Shown here: positions 12,767 through 21,129 of the stretch, one piece after another | Layout of the letters: every line of letters begins with the position of its first letter | Numbering within the stretch: the first letter of the stretch is position 1 | Virus record (IMG/VR): IMGVR_UViG_3300005805_000350 | Span: 1-28,443 of that record | DNA length: 28,443 bases | Direction: 5' to 3' (one strand) | DNA from: a virus | Taxonomy: Duplodnaviria; Caudoviricetes | Made by a program: the position numbers and the translations under genes | The notes under the pieces: generated by a model | The model's input: the letters and a program-made list of their open reading frames with translations, nothing else | Told to the model about the DNA's origin: nothing | The model's database searches: none

Positions 12767-13215
12767 AATGTTATATCCTCCATACCTGCCACACGGAGCC
12801 TTGTGATATTGTTTAATGAAAAGCCTTTGCCTTCTAAACCTTTCATAAGTCCCAACCATTTATTGCGCAACAATGCTACTTCGTTGATTAGTGTTTCATA
12901 ATCAACGACCTCATCCTCGCCATCAACATATTTTTCAGCATCTCTTGCTGTTAGAGCTCGTGCATAGGTCTCTAAGTATTTCTTAAAGTGATTTCTACGT
13001 ATTCTACGTAGTTGAATGTTCATATAATTTAAAACAGCTTCAATTTCTTGAAGCTGATTAAATCTATGTTCAGTAACGCCAGGAAGGTCAGCTATGTTTT
13101 TTTCAAAGTGACCTTTTATTCCACATTCTTTTCTAGCTTGCGCTAGTTCACCTTCGTAATATGCAATAAAATCTGGCAAATTACCTATGTCTTGAACTAC
13201 TTTGCTGTACCACAT
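12763..13215 (-). CDS. uvsY: UvsY-like recombination mediator
   Basis: 150-aa helical protein, KYVDGEDEV..KGF pattern, next to uvsX. Confidence 0.7.
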   Translation of the reverse strand: MWYSKVVQDIGNLPDFIAYYEGELAQARKECGIKGHFEKNIADLPGVTEHRFNQLQEIEAVLNYMNIQLRRIRRNHFKKYLETYARALTARDAEKYVDGEDEVVDYETLINEVALLRNKWLGLMKGLEGKGFSLNNITRLRVAGMEDITL

Positions 13216-13451
13216 TAGTATTGATCGTCATCGTCAGAGTCATCGTCAGAGTCCACAGCATCACCAATGTATTCCTCATAGCTTCGTTTAGTGTAAGCAT
13301 CACAGTCCGCAAAAGTATTGAGGTTTTCATCGTTTAGGCTGTCCACAAGAATACTCATAAGGTGGTCACTGGCCTCTTGCCTATCTTTGGTAGGAATATA
13401 TTGTTTTAAAGTAATATATACTTCGCTCAGTAGTTCTACATCAACGCTCAT
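13215..13451 (-). CDS. Small acidic hypothetical protein
   Basis: Translationally coupled; Asp-rich tail. Confidence 0.75.
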   Translation of the reverse strand: MSVDVELLSEVYITLKQYIPTKDRQEASDHLMSILVDSLNDENLNTFADCDAYTKRSYEEYIGDAVDSDDDSDDDDQY

Positions 13452-13456
13452 AGCAG

Positions 13457-14518
13457 TTATCCTTTATCTTGCTCAGCGGGTTCAACAATTTTCCTATGTG
13501 GATTCTTTTGAAAATCTTCCATAACCTTGTCCAAAGAATTATCCTCATTACGTTCCCACGCTTTGCGGAATTGTTTGATTGTTGTTCCATCTGACAAAGT
13601 GTATTTAAGACTATTACCTTCTTTTGTTAATAATCCTTTGGCTTCCATCATATCAACTAAACCACTATAAGGATTCATCCCCTGCTCATAAGGAATCTTA
13701 ATTTGAACATTTTCAAAAGGCTTAGCATAACGAGTTTTCATAATCTTGCAGGCTGCTCGAATTCCACGAACTTCTGAAATCTTATTACCTTCTTCATCTT
13801 CCTTAAGTTTTAGCTTTTTCATAGCTACCACAATACTGCTGGCATAGATAAAGCCCTGCCCACCACTGATTTTGTCATCGGGATCAAACATGTCTTGGCT
13901 AGCATAGGTATGATTTGTAGCAACCAAACCTAAATTTAAACTACCAAACATGTTTACGCAATTGCGAACCAATGCTGTCAGTGCTTTGGGTTTACGCCCC
14001 ATATCACCCTTCATGTCACCAGCTTCAAATTGGTTTACATCAGTGGGTGTCAACATCATACCCAAACTGTCCAATACAAACAAAACTTTGGGTCTGTCTG
14101 CTTCTGGCAGTGTTTTATATTCTTTGACAAACTCTGAAATCATTTTAGCTACATCATCAATCATAGCCATATTGAGTTTTAGAAGTTTATCTTCGCTGGT
14201 GTCCACGCCTAATGCATGTAACCAAGCTTCATCCAATGCATTTTCTGTATCAATTAGAATACAGTAGATACCCTGTTCTTGTGCATGACGAATTAGATTA
14301 CCGGAACAAATAAAGCTTTTGCCGGCACCAGATTCACCAGCAAACACAGTAACTTTGCCCAAAGGTACACCTTTTTTAAAGTCACCGCTAATCAAATAAT
14401 TTAATGTATAATTGCCTGTGCTGATCCAATCTGTTGGATCTGTAAAACCAACACTGATACCATCAATGCTTTTGGTTATACTTTTACGAAATTTAGAGAT
14501 ATCAAACGGCCTGTTCAT
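13457..14518 (-). CDS. uvsX: RecA/UvsX-like recombinase
   Basis: Walker A GESGAGKS, IDTENA, LDSLG, NHTY, SGGQG. Confidence 0.93.
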   Translation of the reverse strand: MNRPFDISKFRKSITKSIDGISVGFTDPTDWISTGNYTLNYLISGDFKKGVPLGKVTVFAGESGAGKSFICSGNLIRHAQEQGIYCILIDTENALDEAWLHALGVDTSEDKLLKLNMAMIDDVAKMISEFVKEYKTLPEADRPKVLFVLDSLGMMLTPTDVNQFEAGDMKGDMGRKPKALTALVRNCVNMFGSLNLGLVATNHTYASQDMFDPDDKISGGQGFIYASSIVVAMKKLKLKEDEEGNKISEVRGIRAACKIMKTRYAKPFENVQIKIPYEQGMNPYSGLVDMMEAKGLLTKEGNSLKYTLSDGTTIKQFRKAWERNEDNSLDKVMEDFQKNPHRKIVEPAEQDKG

Positions 14519-15171
14519 GTTTTCTTTCCTTTTCTGTTAAGTTGTGCTAATCTTCTTGCTTCTGACCATGGCTTTCCCTTACAGCCACCCCATCGCTTCT
14601 TACGGTCTTCGGCTGTCATAGTTAGTAACTGAGTCTTTTGTATTTCACTTATACGTTTCTTTATTTCATCAGAGTGGTGATAATTTCTTTGTGCCTGAGA
14701 TACTTTCATTTTAGCCTTCGTCTCTTCTGTATGCTTTAGACCCAGGTGCCCATTTGAATTAAACTTTCCCTTTTTCGTTTGTTGCATTTTTTTAATTCTT
14801 AGAGCCTTTGATTCTGCGGTTTCACTATAAGTTGTTAAAACTACAGAACCAGTGTCGGGGTCTACATATCGGCGATTTAACCGTAACGAATTTCCTTTAT
14901 TTTCTCTTATGCACAGTTGCTCATACCAGAAACAAACTTCATACTCTGTATGTCTAAATAAGATCTTAACATCAAACGAATCCTTGCCGTATAGACCTAT
15001 TAACTCCTTCACTCTCTTTGACGACGTATAATAATGAATCCACAAATCCTTTTCGGGTGCTCGTTTCAACCTGACATTCGCCGCCCTAGAACCATAATAA
15101 AACTGACCTGTTACTCTATTTTTGATAAGATAAACATATGACTGATGCATAACTTTTCCAATAAGTTGCAT
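14515..15171 (-). CDS. GIY-YIG-type homing endonuclease with NUMOD3 motifs
   Basis: YVYLIKNRVTGQFYYGSR, YYTSS..YGKDSF, GLKHTEETKAKM. Confidence 0.82.
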   Translation of the reverse strand: MQLIGKVMHQSYVYLIKNRVTGQFYYGSRAANVRLKRAPEKDLWIHYYTSSKRVKELIGLYGKDSFDVKILFRHTEYEVCFWYEQLCIRENKGNSLRLNRRYVDPDTGSVVLTTYSETAESKALRIKKMQQTKKGKFNSNGHLGLKHTEETKAKMKVSQAQRNYHHSDEIKKRISEIQKTQLLTMTAEDRKKRWGGCKGKPWSEARRLAQLNRKGKKT

Positions 15172-15185
15172 AGATTATTTATGCT

Positions 15186-15203
15186 GTCGAATGGTCGTGC
15201 CAT
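15186..15203 (-). pseudogene. Orphan former 5' end of uvsX (MARPFD)
   Basis: ATG GCA CGA CCA TTC GAC vs current start MNRPFD; GGGGA SD upstream. Confidence 0.7.
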
Positions 15204-15228
15204 GATAATTTCCCCATAAAAAGATAAT

Positions 15229-15252
15229 GGGTGGGTAATTTCTTACCCACCC
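15229..15252 (-). terminator. Hairpin/terminator after gp32-like gene
   Basis: GGGTGGGTAA-GAAA-TTACCCACCC then ATTATCTTTTT. Confidence 0.6.
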
Positions 15253-15262
15253 TCTGTGACTA

Positions 15263-16264
15263 TTACTGCTTTTGACGATTGCGAATCATTGCCAAAATAT
15301 CTTCTGCTCTCTGTCCTGCAGGTTTAGCTGCGGGAGTTTGAACAGGTGCAGTTGATTCCGCTTCATCTGTATCAAACGGTGCTTCATCTTCCTCAACCTT
15401 AGCTGCTGGAGTTGCTACAGCTTTGGCAGCAGGCTTGCTGGCTGCAGGAGCCGGATTACTAGCTGGTGCTGTGTTAATGTTCAAACCATTGGGTTTGAAG
15501 TAAGCACCCCAACGTTCCATATCAAATGGTTCCCCATTGACGGAAGCTTCAAACATTTCTTTAATGATTTTCAGCTCAGTATCATTGGGTTTCTTTGGAA
15601 GGAAATCACTGAGATTATACAGCCCATAAAGCTCAATAGCTTTAAGTTCATCTGAGGTCAATGCACTTTCTTTCCTAGCCCAAGTGCTGGTGCTGTAATC
15701 TGAATAACCACCCTTGCTGGTTTTCTTGATATTGAAATCAAGACCACCTTGATAGTCAATGGGCAGATTTTCCAGTTCAGGATCCATCAACGCATTCTTA
15801 ACAAGATTAAAAATCTGTGGGCTGATTACAAACCTACGAATTGGATTCTCTGGGGTCTTGTCGTCGGACATGGGGTTGTCACGAACAAAGCCTTGGAAAA
15901 GATAACTTTTCTTTTTCCAATATTTACGACCCATTTCCTCCAAACTCTTGTCTTTAAACCAAGTACGAACCTCTGCAAGAATTGGGCATGCTTCGCCCCA
16001 CATCTCAACACAGGGTACTTGAACAAAAGTTGGTTTGCTTTCTGCTTGCCCTTTGATGCCTGCGAATGGCAGTTTAATCATCAAACGTTCAACCCAAAAG
16101 AAAGTGTTGTTTGTATTTGCGTCTGGGAGGAATCTTACACGGGCTGTGGTGTTTTCTGCGATGTTCCAATGCGGATAAATTCCGTTATCGCCACCATTTG
16201 AATTGCTGCTGCGGTTGTCTTGTTGCTGAAGTTTTGCACGAATTTCTGCTAATGAAGTTGCCAT
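15263..16264 (-). CDS. T4 gp32-like single-stranded DNA-binding protein
   Basis: RVRFLP, CVE..CPI, GLDFNIKK..YSDYSTS, acidic Ala/Pro-rich tail. Confidence 0.85.
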   Translation of the reverse strand: MATSLAEIRAKLQQQDNRSSNSNGGDNGIYPHWNIAENTTARVRFLPDANTNNTFFWVERLMIKLPFAGIKGQAESKPTFVQVPCVEMWGEACPILAEVRTWFKDKSLEEMGRKYWKKKSYLFQGFVRDNPMSDDKTPENPIRRFVISPQIFNLVKNALMDPELENLPIDYQGGLDFNIKKTSKGGYSDYSTSTWARKESALTSDELKAIELYGLYNLSDFLPKKPNDTELKIIKEMFEASVNGEPFDMERWGAYFKPNGLNINTAPASNPAPAASKPAAKAVATPAAKVEEDEAPFDTDEAESTAPVQTPAAKPAGQRAEDILAMIRNRQKQ

Positions 16265-16411
16265 AATGTTCTCCTATAAGATGGTCTTAGTATGCCTAGA
16301 TACATTATACACCTTGTATAACGTAACAATTTTATTTATGTCTGAGACAGGAAAAGTAAAATTTTTCTTTAGCACCCACTTAGTATAGTGAGTCTATGCA
16401 GGGATATCAAC

Positions 16412-17821
16412 TTATTTGGTTAAACCCGCCAAAACTTTTATAAAACTGATATCTTCGTGAACACCTTTACCAGCCGGTGCTTCGTATTCCCAACCGGTAC
16501 TACCATACTTTGTACCGTTGCCGTAACCATAATTGAAAACACCAAACTTAATCTTGTTCCAATCAATATCGGCCTGTGCCATTATATCTTTGGCGCGGCT
16601 TACTTCTTGTTTGCTTTCTAACCAATATGTGCCATTTAAAAATTTGAAATTAAAACCGTTGTGTGATAATAATTCTCTAACTGATTCGTTCTCAGCATCA
16701 CCATCCAAATCATTTTCTCTTTCGCCGGTTGCATCACTGAAACTTAGAGGACTGGCTTCGCCGTCTACATTAACATCGTTTTCGTTATGGTCCTCAGTTA
16801 CTTCATTGGCCCAACTTTCAAACTCCTCTGCCACAGAGTCTTGGCGAGTTTTATATGCCTTTGCTACTATGGGTAGTGCATCCATTAAACGTTCATCAAA
16901 TACTTTACGTGTAAATCTTTCTTTTAATGCATCAATATCAACTTCATTTTCTGTTAATGCATCAGGTTGCCATAATTCCTTGTATTGTTGATATCCTTTT
17001 TGACCACGCATAGTAAAGAGGTCTCTATGTAATGCACCATAGTGATCAATTGCTGCTTCAACCATTGCTGAAGTTTCTGCATCTTCAAATGTTTTACCGC
17101 GCATATTTCTAACAAATATTCTGAGATCAGACATCTCTTTGATAATTTTACCAATATGCTGTCCAAACTCATCCAAAATAGTGCCACCATTTTTTACATG
17201 GCGAGCATAGGCACGTGCACCGTTTACAGTGGTACCTTCTGGTAATAGATATCTTTCGCCACTACCAGTTTCAATAAAAATCTTTTGTATGTTTCTGCTA
17301 CGACTACCAACTTGTTCTTCCTGTACAGGTTTACTGTGACGTACAATTATTCTTACATTTTCTAATTGTTGATAGCTGCTACGACTTGTGCCGTATAGTT
17401 GGCTTTCATTTACTGCTTTGCCCACATCACTGGTATCGACTAGTTTAGAATCCTTACTGAGTTGAATCATATCACGTAGCTGCATTTTATCTTTAGTAAA
17501 GTTTACTAGATCAAATTTGAATCTATGTGGGTTAGCGATTTTCATTCGCAGGTTTTTTAGGAATCCATACCAACGATCTCTTTCAGTGTCATCCATTTTA
17601 TCAGTAATAGACTGGTCAGTAAAGACCTTCATTACCTTATTAGGAAATATACCTATGGTTATCACTGCATAGTCTTTGCCTTGATCTCTATAAGCAAATT
17701 CAAAAAATCTAGCATTCTTTGGTACCACAGTGCTTTGCCACTTTTCATCTCGCATTTCCACTGTGAATGAATCTGCTAATAAATCATGTAAATCTTCGGC
17801 TAATTTTTCAATGTCGTTCAT
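16412..17821 (-). CDS. Hypothetical head-associated protein (469 aa)
   Basis: Long ORF after terminase; ends in IKVLAGL motif. Confidence 0.8.
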   Translation of the reverse strand: MNDIEKLAEDLHDLLADSFTVEMRDEKWQSTVVPKNARFFEFAYRDQGKDYAVITIGIFPNKVMKVFTDQSITDKMDDTERDRWYGFLKNLRMKIANPHRFKFDLVNFTKDKMQLRDMIQLSKDSKLVDTSDVGKAVNESQLYGTSRSSYQQLENVRIIVRHSKPVQEEQVGSRSRNIQKIFIETGSGERYLLPEGTTVNGARAYARHVKNGGTILDEFGQHIGKIIKEMSDLRIFVRNMRGKTFEDAETSAMVEAAIDHYGALHRDLFTMRGQKGYQQYKELWQPDALTENEVDIDALKERFTRKVFDERLMDALPIVAKAYKTRQDSVAEEFESWANEVTEDHNENDVNVDGEASPLSFSDATGERENDLDGDAENESVRELLSHNGFNFKFLNGTYWLESKQEVSRAKDIMAQADIDWNKIKFGVFNYGYGNGTKYGSTGWEYEAPAGKGVHEDISFIKVLAGLTK

Positions 17822-17836
17822 AGTATAGTATTTAGT

Positions 17837-19402
17837 TTATAACATAATAAAGGGCATTGGCATAATCAGTTCTTCGCCATTATCGCTTAGTTTTTCGTCC
17901 AAGGAAGGATCAAATTCCTTTAAAAACACTACCATTCTTACGGCTAGCAGCATACTCATTACAAGGTCATCAGTTTCACCTATTTTAGCAGCAAAACTAT
18001 TACCTGATGCTACGAATGTTTTAAGTTCACTGATCAGAGACTTGCTAGCGATATGTATTTTTCTAGTTTCAACTAACTGTTTAAATTTAGCACATGCAGC
18101 TAATTTGCTTTTTTGTGTGGTTAAAAACCCTTTTCTAAAGCGTCTTACATGCCCTTTACGTGCTGGTTCACTGAGGAAAATGCCTTTTATATTTTCCTCA
18201 CCATACTCGTCAATTGCTATCAATGCTGCTTCACCTAAGGTATTATTCTCTACGCTGTAATAGATGTCATTGATGCTATCAATTTCTTCAAATATGTATT
18301 TGGTAATTTCTGACAGGATTTTTGCCTGTTGCTGCACAGGAGTTTTATTGTGTTGCCATTCAGCTATTTGTTTCATTTCTGGTAATTCTAATACCTGTAT
18401 AGCTGCTGGATCTCCACCAGTACCTAAACTTGGATCTAGTGCTACCAAGTAAACACTACCTTTTTTAGGTTTACCGTACCAACGTACCTGCCCTTGTTTG
18501 CTGACAGGATCTATGCCTGCCATTTCTGTTAAATGAATAGGATTAATTAATGTTTCATCATAGATAATGAATTCGCATTCCATTTCACGACGGAAACGTT
18601 CTTCACCTAATTGAGCTCTTTGTTCAGCCGCCCATTTTTCATCTCTATCAGGATGTTCATACCAATAACTACGGAAGGCTTTAAATCCATTTACGCCTAT
18701 ATCAGTTTCATTTCCATATGCATCTAAACATTTATTGGCCTGACGCCATATAGAAGCAAATTGATCCTCGTCACTGCTAGGGGTTGATGTAATAATACAT
18801 TTACCACCTGTTGCTAGTGTCGGGCTAATTGAGGTCCAAAATTCTTTAGCAATAGTAGGTCTAACGAAGGCAAACTCGTCAGCATATAATAGTGATATAC
18901 TCATACCACGACCAGTGTTTTCTGTAGTGGTTGTACTGATAATACGTGATCCATTATCAAAGTCAATGCTGCCTTTATTATAGCTAGTAACACCTGCTCT
19001 AATAAAGTTTGGCACAGATTCATAAGCATAGCGGACACGCTGCATAATTTCTTGCGATCCACCAAATTTATGTGCGGCTACTAATATAGTGCTGTCAGGT
19101 ATAAACATCGCATACCAAAGTAGATATCCAGCGGCCGTAGTTGATTTACCTGTTTGTCTAGGCATTAAACTTATACTAAATCTATAATTGTGATAGGTAT
19201 GAACCAATCTTTTTTGATAATCAAAAGGATGGTATTTCATTCTACCTTTGGTTGGATGTTGGATATAAAAGTAGTTTGATAGAAAGTATTCTGGTCCAGT
19301 GACTGGATCAGCGCATTTAGCTATTTCCCTAATCTGTTGTTCAGTATAAGTTTCTTTAGTATTAGGTTTTTTAATTAATACTGTTTCTAAGGTCTTAGCC
19401 AT
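17837..19402 (-). CDS. terL: Terminase large subunit (T4 gp17-like)
   Basis: PRQTGKST Walker A, LLYADEFAF Walker B, ITSTP, ALDPSLG and TDDLVM nuclease motifs. Confidence 0.95.
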   Translation of the reverse strand: MAKTLETVLIKKPNTKETYTEQQIREIAKCADPVTGPEYFLSNYFYIQHPTKGRMKYHPFDYQKRLVHTYHNYRFSISLMPRQTGKSTTAAGYLLWYAMFIPDSTILVAAHKFGGSQEIMQRVRYAYESVPNFIRAGVTSYNKGSIDFDNGSRIISTTTTENTGRGMSISLLYADEFAFVRPTIAKEFWTSISPTLATGGKCIITSTPSSDEDQFASIWRQANKCLDAYGNETDIGVNGFKAFRSYWYEHPDRDEKWAAEQRAQLGEERFRREMECEFIIYDETLINPIHLTEMAGIDPVSKQGQVRWYGKPKKGSVYLVALDPSLGTGGDPAAIQVLELPEMKQIAEWQHNKTPVQQQAKILSEITKYIFEEIDSINDIYYSVENNTLGEAALIAIDEYGEENIKGIFLSEPARKGHVRRFRKGFLTTQKSKLAACAKFKQLVETRKIHIASKSLISELKTFVASGNSFAAKIGETDDLVMSMLLAVRMVVFLKEFDPSLDEKLSDNGEELIMPMPFIML

Positions 19403-19405
19403 AGT

Positions 19406-19693
19406 TTACTTTTTAATAGGTTTTTCGCCGGTCATATAAGGCAAACTGAACCAGAGTTTAAACCATTCTTCTGTGCCAGGTTTAATATTATGTTTGCGCA
19501 TAAGTTCAGCTTTTTCATTGGCTGTTTTTGAAATATTTGACCCTTCATTAAAATATTTGTTATATTTTTGAGGATCATTAATTCCTGCCAACACTTTTAT
19601 GTTGGCTAAATCATCTTCATCCAAAACACAGTCCGGCAACAAAGCATCCTGTGTTGGTATAAAGTCTGCGCGAGTAATTCTACGTTGTGTCAT
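19406..19693 (-). CDS. Hypothetical protein
   Basis: IKVLAGI motif; IKPGTEEWFKLWF C-terminus. Confidence 0.75.
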   Translation of the reverse strand: MTQRRITRADFIPTQDALLPDCVLDEDDLANIKVLAGINDPQKYNKYFNEGSNISKTANEKAELMRKHNIKPGTEEWFKLWFSLPYMTGEKPIKK

Positions 19694-20073
19694 TTCTTTT
19701 TAATTGGCCCCTGAGGCTTTAATGGACTTACGTTGTTAACGTCTTTGGCTTCTTCGCTTTCGTCAGTGCTTATTTGTTTGGCACCATTACTCCATGGTTT
19801 TCCAATTAATTTTAATGCCAAAAGTAAAGTTTCTTCATCAGCATCTGTATAGTTGGCTACAATCATATTCTCACCAAACTCACTTGCTGAATCAAATTCT
19901 TGTTGATTTGCAGTGCGGGCTGCTGCCATAGCTAGACCCATACGATATTGCATATAGAAATCTTGATTCTGTAATGACGGTAGTATATATGTTTTTCTTA
20001 ATGTATGTTTTGTGCCGGTGGTAATACTGCCAGTACCACTATATGCTTCGTTAATTACTTCTTTTATCTTCAT
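19690..20073 (-). CDS. Hypothetical virion protein, paralog 1 (127 aa)
   Basis: MKIKEVINE N-terminus. Confidence 0.8.
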   Translation of the reverse strand: MKIKEVINEAYSGTGSITTGTKHTLRKTYILPSLQNQDFYMQYRMGLAMAAARTANQQEFDSASEFGENMIVANYTDADEETLLLALKLIGKPWSNGAKQISTDESEEAKDVNNVSPLKPQGPIKKK

Positions 20074-20078
20074 GGAGA

Positions 20079-20462
20079 TTAAACTCCATATTTGTTACGT
20101 TTACGTTTAGCGACAGGACTAACTTTATTAATAATATCTATCTCCTGTGCATGCCATGGTCCCGGATTTTCATTGGTCCAATGACTACCAATTATAGAAT
20201 ATGCTTGTTGTAACATTTTTTCTTCGTGCGGTGTCATTGGGGCGGAAACATTATTTCTACCCGCCCAAGATTCAGAATCTATCGGTACCTCGCAGGGATT
20301 CACGCCATCACAGCCAGCTACTGCCATCATAACGCGATTTAATTCATAGGTCCTATCTGCAAAATTTTCGTCTCTGAATTTATGCAGGCCCATAGCAGCA
20401 CGTCGGTATCTTTTTGGCACATTACCAACTTTATCTTCTATTATAACTTCTTTAATTTTCAT
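20079..20462 (-). CDS. Hypothetical virion protein, paralog 2 (127 aa; start revised to 20462)
   Basis: MKIKEVIIE; the longer ORF overlaps the upstream gene. Confidence 0.8.
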   Translation of the reverse strand: MKIKEVIIEDKVGNVPKRYRRAAMGLHKFRDENFADRTYELNRVMMAVAGCDGVNPCEVPIDSESWAGRNNVSAPMTPHEEKMLQQAYSIIGSHWTNENPGPWHAQEIDIINKVSPVAKRKRNKYGV

Positions 20463-20463
20463 A

Positions 20464-21129
20464 TCACCAGGCTCTGCAGGACCAGTAACGTGCTTTCCAA
20501 CGAGGACCGGGGTTAGCACAATTATGACGTGCCCTAAAACTCTTACGACGCTTTGGATTACTTTTCTTAATACGCATCTTCTTGTCACCAAAGTTCACTT
20601 TCACTACATTGCCTTTGGGACCTTTTACGTAAACCTTGCTTTTAGCTACATCACCTTTCATTGGCTTGCCAAGAGGAACTTCACGTCCTCGGTATTTGGC
20701 TTCTCTCATACCAAATGCTTCGGGTGGATTATCACGTAGCATCTGCTCAACATGTTTGACCCAACCACTAACATCGCTAGAACCAATTTCTTCTACATCG
20801 CCAACAAAATCAGCTACTTCATCCACAGCAGCCAATAGACGATCAGGTCCATATTTCAACAAATCTTGCCGTTGATTCATTATTCTACGTATAATGGATT
20901 GGGCTACAGGATTGTCTTCATCAACATTTTCTGACAGATCTTCCGTTACTGCCTCAAACAAAGCGCCGCTAAGATGTAAAAGAGTAATAGCTTTATCATC
21001 AGCTTCTACAATGACACCATCACCTGTAAAGCCAACAATGGATGATTCAACTACTAAATCACCAACTTCAATACTGAAGCCGTCACCTACTTCTGGTGAC
21101 TCATTTATGATAATGTCATTAATTTTCAT
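20464..21129 (-). CDS. Hypothetical virion protein with basic C-terminal domain
   Basis: MKINDIIINE; acidic N half; RRKSFRARHNC..ARYWSC C-terminal domain. Confidence 0.8.
   Translation of the reverse strand: MKINDIIINESPEVGDGFSIEVGDLVVESSIVGFTGDGVIVEADDKAITLLHLSGALFEAVTEDLSENVDEDNPVAQSIIRRIMNQRQDLLKYGPDRLLAAVDEVADFVGDVEEIGSSDVSGWVKHVEQMLRDNPPEAFGMREAKYRGREVPLGKPMKGDVAKSKVYVKGPKGNVVKVNFGDKKMRIKKSNPKRRKSFRARHNCANPGPRWKARYWSCRAW

Noticed and set aside
4050-15171. Group I introns housing the endonucleases
   Set aside because: Flanks are only a few tens of nt with no room for a catalytic core, and downstream genes are complete on their own.
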